DNA of 64,000 nucleotides. It comes from an uncultured virus (IMG/VR IMGVR_UViG_3300042691_052636) (lineage: Duplodnaviria; Heunggongvirae; Uroviricota; Caudoviricetes). Each line of letters opens with the position of its first letter. The stretch's first letter is position 1. Shown here piece by piece: positions 47,701-57,315 of this stretch. A program made the position numbers and the translations under genes. A model generated the notes under the pieces. That model was given only the letters and a program-made list of their open reading frames with translations, ran no database searches and was not told the origin of the DNA. The DNA lies in the IMG/VR virus record IMGVR_UViG_3300042691_052636. One strand, given 5' to 3'.

Positions 47701-48765
47701 ATGCTTTTTGATTTTGACGACATTCTGATAGAACCAGAATTACATACTAGTATTAATTCGAGAAAGAAGGTAGATATTTTAGAAGAAAAACAAATGCTTC
47801 CTTTGTTTACTGCACCAATGGATACGGTAATTAGTGAAAACAACTGTAATATTTTTAATGATCATAAGATCTACTCAATTCTTCCAAGAAAAGCCAATCC
47901 ATTACAAACTGATTTTTCCACAGATCATAAAATTTGGTTTTCCTATGGACTTGACGATTTCAAAAGAATTTTTATAGACAATCCAATTGAGCTCCATCCA
48001 AAGGATAAAATGTATGCTTTGATTGATATAGCTAACGGACACATGAGGATAGTTAAAGATCTTTTAGAGCAGGCCAAAGAAATATATGATAGACAATTGG
48101 TTCTGATGGTTGGTAACTGTGCTAACCCCTTGACCTACTTATCACTTGCTCAGTCTGGTGCTGATTATGTTAGAATGGGCATAGGTAATGGAGCAGGTTG
48201 TTTAACCACAGTGCAAACGGGTGTGGGTTATCCAATGGCCTCATTGATTCATGACACATACAAACTACAACAAGAAAGAAATCTCTCTACCAAAATAGTT
48301 GCTGATGGTGGATTTAAAAAATACTCAGATATAATCAAAGCATTGGCTTTGGGAGCAGACTATGTAATGCTTGGAAGTATGCTGAACAAAACACTTGAAA
48401 GTGCTGGTGAGACATTTGAAGAAAATAGAAAATATGACTTTTGGACAGATCCTGGGGAAAAAGTAGATCAATTTTCTGCTGAAGTCAAAGAGCAGTTTTT
48501 AATGGGCAGAAAATATTTTAAGAAGTTCAGAGGTATGTCAACTAAAGAGGTCCAAAAAAGTTTAGGCCGAAGTGAGTTAAAAACTTCAGAGGGTATTAGC
48601 AAAATCCAACCAGTAGAATATACTTTATCAGGCTGGGTAGAAAATTTCTCTGATTATCTTAAATCTGCCATGAGTTATACAGATTGTTTGACTTTAGGTG
48701 AATTTTGTGGAAAGGTGAGATTCAACCAGATCACAAAAAATTCTTTCGATAGATTTCACAAATAA
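47701..48765 (+). CDS. GMP reductase / IMP dehydrogenase family
   Basis: FDDILIEP, APMDTV, IDIANGH, MGIGNGAGCLT, ADGG, ALGADYVMLGSM, FRGMS. Confidence 0.88.
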   Translation: MLFDFDDILIEPELHTSINSRKKVDILEEKQMLPLFTAPMDTVISENNCNIFNDHKIYSILPRKANPLQTDFSTDHKIWFSYGLDDFKRIFIDNPIELHPKDKMYALIDIANGHMRIVKDLLEQAKEIYDRQLVLMVGNCANPLTYLSLAQSGADYVRMGIGNGAGCLTTVQTGVGYPMASLIHDTYKLQQERNLSTKIVADGGFKKYSDIIKALALGADYVMLGSMLNKTLESAGETFEENRKYDFWTDPGEKVDQFSAEVKEQFLMGRKYFKKFRGMSTKEVQKSLGRSELKTSEGISKIQPVEYTLSGWVENFSDYLKSAMSYTDCLTLGEFCGKVRFNQITKNSFDRFHK

Positions 48766-48811
48766 AGAAACAGAACCTTTAGATCTGGTATAATAGGATG
48801 AGATAAACAGT

Positions 48812-49606
48812 ATGAAAAAATTTGGTAACTTTAAAAATGCTATTAGTTGGACAGCTCAACAGATGAATGATCTTTCTTATGTTGTCCACACAGAAAAATG
48901 GCAAGCTAAGGACATTAAAAGTGATCCTAAGTATGCAATGATTGAAATTCTTAATCATTCTTTTAGTTGTCAAATAACGACGGATTTGGAGGGGTTAAAA
49001 GACCAAATTAAGCCTAATGTTGCTTGGGCTGATGAACATTTTGAAGAGAGGGTTAGTGGTATTCCTTTGAATCCCCCTCCATCACACGAGAGATGGCCTT
49101 ATGCTCAGAAAAATAATGCGGAGTTTGGAGGCCTTGAAAAATTCTCACACACTTATCCAGAAAGAATTTGGCCAAAATATGGGGAGATAGAAAAAGGTCT
49201 AGATTCGGATAAGATGATGGGCATTAGATATGAATATGGTGATTTCAAAGATGTTGTCGATCTAATGAAAAAAGAGCCTTTTACAAGACAAGCTTTTCTT
49301 CCTATCTGGTTTCCTGAAGATACAGGATCAGTCCACGGTGAAAGAGTTCCTTGCACTATTGGCTATCATTTCATAAGAAGATTTGATTGGGTGCATGTTG
49401 TATATTACATAAGATCTTGTGATTTCTTCAGACATTTCAGAGATGACATTTACCTTTGTGCTAGAAAATTATTTTGGCTCATTGAACAACTGCAACAAGA
49501 AGATCCAGAAACCTGGAAAAATGTAAAACCAGGAACTCTAACAATGCACATAACATCCTTACACGCATGGGCAAGTGAAAAACCAATGCTTGCTAAAAAC
49601 ATATAG
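48812..49606 (+). CDS. Divergent thymidylate-synthase-fold enzyme, dCMP hydroxymethylase-like
   Basis: TRQAFLPIW, VPCT, YIRSCDFFRHFRDD (Asp where TS has Asn), SLH. Confidence 0.75.
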   Translation: MKKFGNFKNAISWTAQQMNDLSYVVHTEKWQAKDIKSDPKYAMIEILNHSFSCQITTDLEGLKDQIKPNVAWADEHFEERVSGIPLNPPPSHERWPYAQKNNAEFGGLEKFSHTYPERIWPKYGEIEKGLDSDKMMGIRYEYGDFKDVVDLMKKEPFTRQAFLPIWFPEDTGSVHGERVPCTIGYHFIRRFDWVHVVYYIRSCDFFRHFRDDIYLCARKLFWLIEQLQQEDPETWKNVKPGTLTMHITSLHAWASEKPMLAKNI

Positions 49607-49622
49607 GGATATATAGGATGTA

Positions 49623-50429
49623 ATGAATCACATCCAAAAATTTCAGGATTTTAAAAGATTATCGGAAAGTATTAGGGTTCAAAAAATGGAACCTGACTCT
49701 TACATGGAACAGACCGTTGTTGCTCTTCCATATTCTGAACACATCAAAGAAAATCGACAAGAATTCTTAAAAAAACTAGTTACTATTTCTAAGGACTTGG
49801 GAATAGACCCAGTTTGGTTACTCCACACTATATTTCACGAAAGTGATTTTGATCCTAAAAAGACTGACAAGTCTACTGGAGCAGTAGGTTTACTTTCTTT
49901 TTATCCTGAGGTTTTAAAAAACATGGTAAATCCGGAAACCGGAAAGAACTATACTCCACAAGACGTTTTACAACTTTCCAATATTGATCAGCTTGACCTT
50001 GTTTGTTCCTATTATAAAACTTGGATTGAAAGAATGAAATTACAAAGACCTATCACAGCTGGTGATTTTGCTGCTTTGACTTTATATCCGGAAATAATTA
50101 AAAAAGATTGGGAATGGAATTTTCCTAGGTTTATGATTGAAAAAAACCCAGATCTTTTCAAAGGATTTGCATCGAACTTGAGCAAAAACAAAAAGGACTA
50201 TTACGATTATATAGATCAAATTTTCAAGTCAGAAAATGAAATGACTGATAGTCAAAAAGGTTCACTTGGGAACTTTACTGGTGCATTAGCTGAGCCAGGA
50301 ATTTATGGTATTAAGAAACCACTTGAATACATCCAAGACTTAATTATTAATTCTGAAAATCCAGCTGCTCCCAGTGAGATTCAGCCACAAGACGAGGAAG
50401 AAACACAGAAGTCTAAGCAAAAAGGATAG
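49623..50429 (+). CDS. Lytic transglycosylase/lysozyme-like protein with capsid-targeting-like N-terminus
   Basis: LGIDPVWLLHTIFHESDFDP, GAVGLLSF, DQLDLV..Y; MNHIQKFQDF..LSES. Confidence 0.7.
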   Translation: MNHIQKFQDFKRLSESIRVQKMEPDSYMEQTVVALPYSEHIKENRQEFLKKLVTISKDLGIDPVWLLHTIFHESDFDPKKTDKSTGAVGLLSFYPEVLKNMVNPETGKNYTPQDVLQLSNIDQLDLVCSYYKTWIERMKLQRPITAGDFAALTLYPEIIKKDWEWNFPRFMIEKNPDLFKGFASNLSKNKKDYYDYIDQIFKSENEMTDSQKGSLGNFTGALAEPGIYGIKKPLEYIQDLIINSENPAAPSEIQPQDEEETQKSKQKG

Positions 50430-50445
50430 ATAGAAAAAATATTTT

Positions 50446-50796
50446 ATGAACGCTATTGTAAATTTTTTCAAAAATCTTTTTGGTAAAAAAGAAGAGCCTA
50501 AATTTTATTGCAACTGTCCCACTGGATGTTGTTGCGGTAGATGTGAAAGATGTCAGCCTAAAGTTATACACATTGAGGATGAGCCAGTCAACATAGAGGA
50601 AAGTAAAACCAAGCAGTTTGTTGCAAAGTATACTAATAAGAAGTCTTCAGGGTCTAAGGTCACTAAAGATGAAGGTGATGTTGATGAAATAGTTGTAATA
50701 AAAAGAAAGAAGAAGAAACCTGCTAAGAAAAAAGACTCAGCATCTTCTAAGCAAAGTACAGAGCCAAAAAGAGGAAGACCTAAGAAGCAAAAATAG
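50446..50796 (+). CDS. Hypothetical Cys-rich, basic protein
   Basis: CNCPTGCCCGRCERC; AT-hook-like KRGRPKK. Confidence 0.6.
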   Translation: MNAIVNFFKNLFGKKEEPKFYCNCPTGCCCGRCERCQPKVIHIEDEPVNIEESKTKQFVAKYTNKKSSGSKVTKDEGDVDEIVVIKRKKKKPAKKKDSASSKQSTEPKRGRPKKQK

Positions 50797-50938
50797 GTCA
50801 CTTCATTTTTGAAACTTTAGAAGCCATCCATATATAAATTAGAACTAGATTTTTTCTAGTCACTTCCCGGTCAACAAACCGTAGAGTTTTCAGAAATGGA
50901 CACAAAGGAAGGGGCAAAAATTAAATAACAAAAAATTT

Positions 50939-51757
50939 ATGAATTTAACAACGTCAAGTACTGGCGGGTATGGATCTTGTACCGCCCACATCACAACAAA
51001 CCGTAACAGATCTAAAATTTACGGAAATGCAGTTTATCTAAAAGATGGACAAAGGTTTGAGATCGAGCTCTTCAATCCAAACACGATCAACTATCTTGCT
51101 AAGATCAGTATCGATGGAAAACAAATTTCTAATTCTGGTATTGTTCTTAAACCAGGACAAAGAGTTTACCTCGAAAGATTCATTGACTCAAATAACAAAT
51201 TTGTTTTTGAAACATATGAAATTGAAAACAGTAATGAAGCTCTTAATGCGATAGTTAATAATGGTTTAGTCGAGATTAGCTTTTATCCAGAGAATTCAAC
51301 CACTGGATATTTCACTGTTTATCCTAGTTATACAACAAACCTACCAGGATCATATTTTACATACACTGGGGGATTAACAACTAATACCCTAACATCAGAA
51401 AATATTGGATATTCTGGTATTTCAGGAAACCCTATTTCCTTTGGTGGAACGACTGTTAACAATGTAAGCTGTTTCACTTCACCTTCAGTTGGAGAATCTA
51501 ATATTAAGGGTTCGAATGCTTCTAATAGCTCCATTGAAACAGGCAAAGTTGAAAAGGGTGAATCTAGTGAACAATCAATGACTCAAACATTTGGCAACTA
51601 TAGTGGATTTGCTTCGAATAGCATATCTTATCGATTGACGCCAGAGTCTTGTAAACCAGTAGAAATTGAAAAACTCAGAAACTACTGCACTGGTTGTGGT
51701 AACAGGATCAAAAAGGATTCTTGGAAATTCTGTCCAGACTGCGGAGAAAAGTTTTAA
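50939..51757 (+). CDS. Hypothetical protein with C-terminal zinc ribbon
   Basis: YCTGCG...KFCPDCG. Confidence 0.75.
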   Translation: MNLTTSSTGGYGSCTAHITTNRNRSKIYGNAVYLKDGQRFEIELFNPNTINYLAKISIDGKQISNSGIVLKPGQRVYLERFIDSNNKFVFETYEIENSNEALNAIVNNGLVEISFYPENSTTGYFTVYPSYTTNLPGSYFTYTGGLTTNTLTSENIGYSGISGNPISFGGTTVNNVSCFTSPSVGESNIKGSNASNSSIETGKVEKGESSEQSMTQTFGNYSGFASNSISYRLTPESCKPVEIEKLRNYCTGCGNRIKKDSWKFCPDCGEKF

Positions 51758-51835
51758 GCTTTATAACGTGTTTTAAAATGCGCAAATCTCGTGTTTTCGT
51801 GCATTATATTACACGTTAAGCAAACAAGATCTCAC

Positions 51836-51868
51836 AAAAAACCCCGGATATCCGGGGTTTTATTTTTT
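51836..51868. terminator. Bidirectional intrinsic terminator
   Basis: AAAAAACCCCGGAT-ATCCGGGGTTTTT. Confidence 0.85.
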
Positions 51869-52631
51869 ATAGGTATTGCTCCCAGTTCTGAGCCATTTCA
51901 GCTTGTGAAATTTCCATGTCTGTATATGGTCTAATGTTCTGAAGAGGAACTCCTTGATAAGACATATAAGCATCTTTAGGAACTGGAATTTGATATTGCG
52001 GTTGTTGAGCAAATCCTCCGGTTTGTGGTTTGTCATTGGATCCAAACACCCAATCTGTTATTTTCACTCCTTGCTTAAGATTTCTAGCTTCTCTTTTAAG
52101 GCTTTTGATTTTTGATGCGTCTTTTGCTAAATTTGCTAACTTAGCACCTCCACTTGTGACGAAATTTTTCAAAGATCCAAGCATTTTTCCAATGAATGGG
52201 GAAATCCCTGAAAATTTAGAAAGAAATTTAGAGCTTTTGAAGAAAGCAACAATTTTTGGGAAGAATTTAGCTACTAGATTAACTAGTGGTTTCAAAATTC
52301 CCTTACCTATTGTTGAACCTTTACCCAGAGCTTTTATTAATAAAGTTCCACCAGCTCCAATATATTGACCAAAAATCGGAATCAGGCCGATTGCACAGAG
52401 ACCTGCAAGAAGATACTCACCTTGCTTAGCATAAGAGACTAAGTTGATACCTTCTGCTATTGATCCCACACCTGGAATTAAAGCAGCAAAATCTAAAATA
52501 GTATTATACCAAGCCTCTAATAATACAGGATCTTCTGAGTTTAGATAATCCAAAGATTCCTGTATTTGTTGAGGGGTGAAGAAGATTTTGTTCTCATTTA
52601 AGAACTCTTCTATAGACGCAAGATTCTCCAT
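51867..52631 (-). CDS. Pre-toxin TG-like hydrophobic domain protein with capsid-targeting-like N-terminus
   Basis: LDFAALIPGVGSIAEGIN...GEYLLAGLCAIGLIPIFG; MENLASIEEFLNE. Confidence 0.65.
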   Translation of the reverse strand: MENLASIEEFLNENKIFFTPQQIQESLDYLNSEDPVLLEAWYNTILDFAALIPGVGSIAEGINLVSYAKQGEYLLAGLCAIGLIPIFGQYIGAGGTLLIKALGKGSTIGKGILKPLVNLVAKFFPKIVAFFKSSKFLSKFSGISPFIGKMLGSLKNFVTSGGAKLANLAKDASKIKSLKREARNLKQGVKITDWVFGSNDKPQTGGFAQQPQYQIPVPKDAYMSYQGVPLQNIRPYTDMEISQAEMAQNWEQYL

Positions 52632-52707
52632 CTTTTTTTCTTTTATATATTCAGCATAAGAAATTTTTTTAATTCTTAGCTCTATATAAAATACAAAGAC
52701 AAAACAA

Positions 52708-53067
52708 ATGTTATATCGTTCTAAAAAAATATACGTGGATGATTCCCCAGTTCATGGCAGAGGGGTTTTTGCTTCTGAGTTAATAAAAGCAGGAGAGATA
52801 CTTGAGGAATGCCATTTTTTTCTTGTTCCATCTGATGTCCAGTATCCACAAATATTACATGATCATTTCTTCAGCTGGCCAAAAAGAACAAGCGAAAATT
52901 TTGCAGTTTGTTTAGGGTTCGGTAGTATCTTCAACCACTCAGATGATAGTCCTAATGCAGATTGGGAAACAGACACAAAGAAACTGAAGTTTATTTTCTT
53001 TGCAACTAGGGATATATTTGAAGGGGAAGAAATTTGTACTAACTACCAAAAATCTGGGAAAATTTAG
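52708..53067 (+). CDS. SET domain protein-lysine methyltransferase-like
   Basis: SPVHGRGVFA, IFNHS..PNA, ATRDIFEGEEICTNY. Confidence 0.88.
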   Translation: MLYRSKKIYVDDSPVHGRGVFASELIKAGEILEECHFFLVPSDVQYPQILHDHFFSWPKRTSENFAVCLGFGSIFNHSDDSPNADWETDTKKLKFIFFATRDIFEGEEICTNYQKSGKI

Positions 53068-53130
53068 AAAACATTTTTTTTATCCAGTAGATTGTTCTAA
53101 ATTTGTTCCATCATTAAAAACAAAAAATCT

Positions 53131-53373
53131 ATGGCTAACAACGAACAAAAGCTTTCAGAAATTTTAGATCAACAATACGACCAAGAATCTGAGAAAATTT
53201 TCGAACACATCGTGCTAATGGGAGTTAAGGCCTTCCAAAAAACTAGCCCACTGTATAAGTATAAAGACACAGATTTGCTAGATAAACTTATTGAGCACTT
53301 TGAATCAAAAGAGGAATATGAAAAGTGTGCAAAGCTCCAAAAGGTACAGTGGTGCTTGAAAGCTCAAGATTAA
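53131..53373 (+). CDS. Small protein with UVR-like motif
   Basis: LIEHFESKEEYEKCAKLQK. Confidence 0.65.
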   Translation: MANNEQKLSEILDQQYDQESEKIFEHIVLMGVKAFQKTSPLYKYKDTDLLDKLIEHFESKEEYEKCAKLQKVQWCLKAQD

Positions 53374-53413
53374 ATTAGAAGAAACTTATTGAGGTTTTCC
53401 GATATAATAAGAT

Positions 53414-53692
53414 ATGGGAAAACCAAGAAAATACATTAAAAAATCTGCTGATGGCAGATTTTTTTTGTGTATCGACAGACCAGTTTTTCCAAAAATAGAT
53501 TTAGACAAGAAAACTAGACTTTGGGTTTCTTCCTCTTACTTATTCGAGGAATCATTTAACCAAGACCCAGCAAGCACAAAAGAGGAATTACAGAAGATGA
53601 TGGAATGGAATGAAATTAACCAAAACTACGAGTTTTGTAAGAAAATAATGGAACTCCAAAACATGTTTAATCGTCTCCAGTCTTCTAAGTAA
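53414..53692 (+). CDS. Small protein with UVR-like motif
   Basis: MMEWNEINQNYEFCKKIMEL. Confidence 0.6.
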   Translation: MGKPRKYIKKSADGRFFLCIDRPVFPKIDLDKKTRLWVSSSYLFEESFNQDPASTKEELQKMMEWNEINQNYEFCKKIMELQNMFNRLQSSK

Positions 53693-53706
53693 TTGGTATA
53701 GAAAAT

Positions 53707-53730
53707 AAAAGGCCACTTGGGTCTTTTTTT
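53707..53730 (+). terminator. Probable intrinsic terminator
   Basis: AAAAGGCC-ACTTG-GGTCTTTT plus T run. Confidence 0.55.
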
Positions 53731-53765
53731 GTGAACCAAAACAGATACTCGTCACTATAAAATAT

Positions 53766-54071
53766 ATGGAAGAAATTTTTTACAAAGAGGGATTACCCAA
53801 AGCAAGATTAATTGGTCACTCTAAATCCCAATACCGGGAGGATCACCCAGATAATGATGTCATGTTTAATGCTAACATTTTTGTACTTGGAGATGGTAAA
53901 GTTTGGTACGGAGATTTAGATTTAACTCTTGATGATAACGCTTTAAAAAGAGTTGCATCAGAGTTAGGTAAGGATCTTTTCATTCTAAGTGAATATGCAG
54001 GTAGATTTGAAAACGAAAAACTTTCTGATCCCGAAATAATAAAAAATTCCAAGTATAAAATATCTAAATAA
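53766..54071 (+). CDS. Hypothetical phage protein
   Basis: SKSQYR..HP, FNANIF, KVWYGDLDLT. Confidence 0.7.
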   Translation: MEEIFYKEGLPKARLIGHSKSQYREDHPDNDVMFNANIFVLGDGKVWYGDLDLTLDDNALKRVASELGKDLFILSEYAGRFENEKLSDPEIIKNSKYKISK

Positions 54072-54082
54072 TTAAAGTTAAT

Positions 54083-55258
54083 ATGGCAAAAAAAGAATTT
54101 TCGTTCGCTGAACTTGATAAGCAGCTTTCTAAAATAGAAGGATTTGAAACTGGTTCAATTCTAGAGACCAACGATTTCTCAGAGGTTGGGGAATGGATAC
54201 CAACTGGTAACTATCTTCTTAATGCACAGCTTTCAGGGAGTTTATTCGGAGGAATAGCCAACAATCGATCAATGGGAATAGCAGGCGATCCACAGACAGG
54301 TAAATCCTTCCTTTGTATGAACATTGTAAGAGAGGCACAGAAAAAGGGCTACAACGTTATTTACTGTGATACAGAAGGAGCAATCGACAAAAGCAGTGCT
54401 AAAAAGTTTGGTATTGATGCTAATACTGTTCGTTATCAACCAATTAAAACAATTGCAGAATTCAAAGTATTCGTTGCAAATCTTATTGATAAGGTTAAGG
54501 GTTATAGAAAAGAAGGAGCAGATCCAAAAATTATGATCGTGCTGGATTCCTTAGGTATGCTATCAACAGACAAAGAAACTGGCGATGCACTTAAGGGTAA
54601 AAGTGCGATGGATATGGGTATAAGATCTAAGGAATTAAGATCCTTATTCAGAGTTATTACTTTAGATCTAACCGGAGTGAAAATCCCATTGATTTGTACA
54701 AACCACACGACCACTGGAAACATTGGAGGTTTTATGCCTACTAAAGAAGCTGCAGGTGGTGATGGTCCTATCTTCTCTATGAGCAACGTTATAATGCTTT
54801 CTAAAGCTCAGCTAAAAGAAGGAGATACCAGAACTGGTATAATAGTAACTTCGACACCTAAAAAAGCAAGATTCACTAGACCATATGCTGTGAAATTCCA
54901 CATTTCATTTATGAATGGTATGAATCCATATGTTGGTCTCCAGGACTTTGTTTCTTGGGAAACGTGCGGCATACAAAGAGGTAAATTGGAGGTTGATAAA
55001 AAAACGGGAGAAATGAAATTCGAAGGAAATGAATCCTCTCCAAGATGGGCAGTAAGACACTTAGGAAAGACTGTTGCTTCAACACAGATTTTTACATCAG
55101 AAGTTTTCACCGACGAGGTTCTTAAAATGATTGATGAAAAGGTTATAGGTCCGCATTTTAAATTGCCTGATCTTTTCGACGAGAAAGAATTTGAAGAGCT
55201 TTTAGAGGGACAAGAAACTGAAACAAATTCTGAGGAAAATGCAGAAGGAGAAAATTAA
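54083..55258 (+). CDS. uvsX: UvsX/RecA-like recombinase
   Basis: LNAQLSGSLFGG, GDPQTGKS, DTEGA, VLDSLGML, TNH, GGDG. Confidence 0.9.
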   Translation: MAKKEFSFAELDKQLSKIEGFETGSILETNDFSEVGEWIPTGNYLLNAQLSGSLFGGIANNRSMGIAGDPQTGKSFLCMNIVREAQKKGYNVIYCDTEGAIDKSSAKKFGIDANTVRYQPIKTIAEFKVFVANLIDKVKGYRKEGADPKIMIVLDSLGMLSTDKETGDALKGKSAMDMGIRSKELRSLFRVITLDLTGVKIPLICTNHTTTGNIGGFMPTKEAAGGDGPIFSMSNVIMLSKAQLKEGDTRTGIIVTSTPKKARFTRPYAVKFHISFMNGMNPYVGLQDFVSWETCGIQRGKLEVDKKTGEMKFEGNESSPRWAVRHLGKTVASTQIFTSEVFTDEVLKMIDEKVIGPHFKLPDLFDEKEFEELLEGQETETNSEENAEGEN

Positions 55259-55532
55259 GCTTAAGTATCTTCTCGGAATATGGAAAGACCTTCCTGAATA
55301 TCCGACCAAAGAAGATATTATTTATGAGCTAAACTTCTATCTGATTAAAGATGGTAGACCTGATGGAGATTTTTCAGATCAGACATTCAACTCGTTTTTA
55401 CCACAAGATTGGGAAGTACTCAAACATGGAGAATTAGTAAAGGAACTTATAGAAACTGGAGTTTTTGAAAAAACAGAGAAAAATACAGGAAACAAAAATT
55501 GGTATAAAATAAAGGACAATCCACACTATTAA
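55239..55532 (+). CDS. Hypothetical protein (possible winged helix)
   Basis: ORF between recombinase and helicase. Confidence 0.6.
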   Translation: MQKEKIKLKYLLGIWKDLPEYPTKEDIIYELNFYLIKDGRPDGDFSDQTFNSFLPQDWEVLKHGELVKELIETGVFEKTEKNTGNKNWYKIKDNPHY

Positions 55533-55534
55533 AA

Positions 55535-56836
55535 ATGCAGAATCAACACTTAGAAAATATTTGGTTTAGATCGGTAATACAAAACCCAGCTTATATTGAT
55601 GCTACTGATATTAGTTTTTTTAAAAATACTGATTATCAGGAAGCATTTAAAGTAGTAAAATCTTTCTGGAAAAAATACCAACAGATCCCAAGTAAAATTC
55701 AAGTCAGAGAAGCTGCAAAACTTTTAAAAATTGATGACAAACTCCAGGATTCTTTGCTTGATTCTATGTGGAGCATAAACCTTGAAGATTACGACAAAGA
55801 GTGGCTCCAGCAAAATGTTGAATCTTGGATAGAATGGAAAACTCTGGAAAAGAGTGCAGTTGACTCAATTAATTATATTAGGAGCACTGAAGTAAGCCCT
55901 GATAATATTAAAGATGTAATTAACACTTACAAATCAATAGTAGTCGACAGAAACAAAGTCGACTTTTCATTTGATATGGGTCTTAACTTTAAAGATCCAG
56001 AATCACATAAACAGCCAAGTAACTTAACTTTCTCAAGTGGTTATGACTATATAGATTTTTGTTTAGGCGGTGGATTTTCTGCAAAAGGCCTTTATGTCTT
56101 GTTAGGACAACCAAAAGTTGGTAAAACTTTATGGCTTGGAAACATAGCAACACAAGCAATTAGAGCATCTAATAATGTTGCAATTATCACTCTAGAGCTT
56201 AATGACAGGAAGTACATGAAAAGATTAGGAGCTAACCTCCTAGGTATTAAAATGTCAGAATACAAGGAAAGTGCAGAGAACGATTCCTTGATCAAAAAGA
56301 AGATAACAAATCTTGGTTTTGAAAATCTGAAAAGCCCAGGTGAACTTGTAGTTAAGGAGTTTCCAACATCACAAGCTTCAGCAATTGATGTTGAAAATTG
56401 GTTGAACAAAGTTGAACAAATACAAGGTATTAAGTTCAAGATCGTAATTATTGACTACATCAATATTATGAAAAACTGGAGAAATCCAAACTCCGAAAAT
56501 ACTTACATGAAGATCAAGCAGATTGCTGAAGATTTAAGGGCAGCTGCACAAAGAAACCATTGGGCTATTGTTACGGCAACACAAACCAAGCAAAGCGAAT
56601 TCGATGCTACAGATTTAAGCATGAACTCAGCTTCTGAATCTTCTGGTCTTGTTGCTACTGTGGATGGTATGTTTGGTATAATTCAAGATCCTTTAATGTA
56701 CAGTAACGGAGAATATAAATTGAAGCTATTAGCCAATAGGGACGAGGGATATAAAAACTCTTATAAGAAATTTTTGGTAGACTATTCTTTTATGAGAATT
56801 TCCGAAGACCCAAATTCCCAAATAATGAATGATTGA
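55535..56836 (+). CDS. Replicative DnaB-like helicase (T4 gp41-like)
   Basis: GQPKVGKT, ITLEL, VKEFPT, IIDYINI, IAEDLR, TATQ, SESSG. Confidence 0.92.
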   Translation: MQNQHLENIWFRSVIQNPAYIDATDISFFKNTDYQEAFKVVKSFWKKYQQIPSKIQVREAAKLLKIDDKLQDSLLDSMWSINLEDYDKEWLQQNVESWIEWKTLEKSAVDSINYIRSTEVSPDNIKDVINTYKSIVVDRNKVDFSFDMGLNFKDPESHKQPSNLTFSSGYDYIDFCLGGGFSAKGLYVLLGQPKVGKTLWLGNIATQAIRASNNVAIITLELNDRKYMKRLGANLLGIKMSEYKESAENDSLIKKKITNLGFENLKSPGELVVKEFPTSQASAIDVENWLNKVEQIQGIKFKIVIIDYINIMKNWRNPNSENTYMKIKQIAEDLRAAAQRNHWAIVTATQTKQSEFDATDLSMNSASESSGLVATVDGMFGIIQDPLMYSNGEYKLKLLANRDEGYKNSYKKFLVDYSFMRISEDPNSQIMND

Positions 56837-57315
56837 TGACAAAACAAAAAAAACTAATTCAAGATGAAGAAAATGAGTTCGAGGACATAAATGGAACAGG
56901 TAAAGAGACTGAAGAAACATCAGATTCATCTTTAGGAGAATTTGATCCAGATCCGAGTACAGATTACCGAAGCTTACAGTCTGTTGTTACATATGATGAT
57001 GAAGAATATTTGCACAACAACAAATTAAACGGTAAAATCGACGAGATATTTCAAAAATCAAGATGGACAGTAATCAACCCAAGTAAAAAGATACCAAAGG
57101 ATCTCATTCCGCTTATATTTCAAGATATACTACAAGATTTAGAAGGGACTGAATTTTCAATGGTAGAAAAATTTGTAGCCATTTGTGATTACACTGCTAT
57201 CAATTATCAGAAAGCATATGAATCTATCCATATGAAGTACAAGGAGCAAATTGTACAAGAAATGGATGCGAAGTATGGTATATTAGGTAAAAAGGGAATC
57301 AAAAAGATATTTTAA
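56833..57315 (+). CDS. Hypothetical protein
   Basis: Coupled ORF between helicase and gp47. Confidence 0.7.
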   Translation: MMTKQKKLIQDEENEFEDINGTGKETEETSDSSLGEFDPDPSTDYRSLQSVVTYDDEEYLHNNKLNGKIDEIFQKSRWTVINPSKKIPKDLIPLIFQDILQDLEGTEFSMVEKFVAICDYTAINYQKAYESIHMKYKEQIVQEMDAKYGILGKKGIKKIF

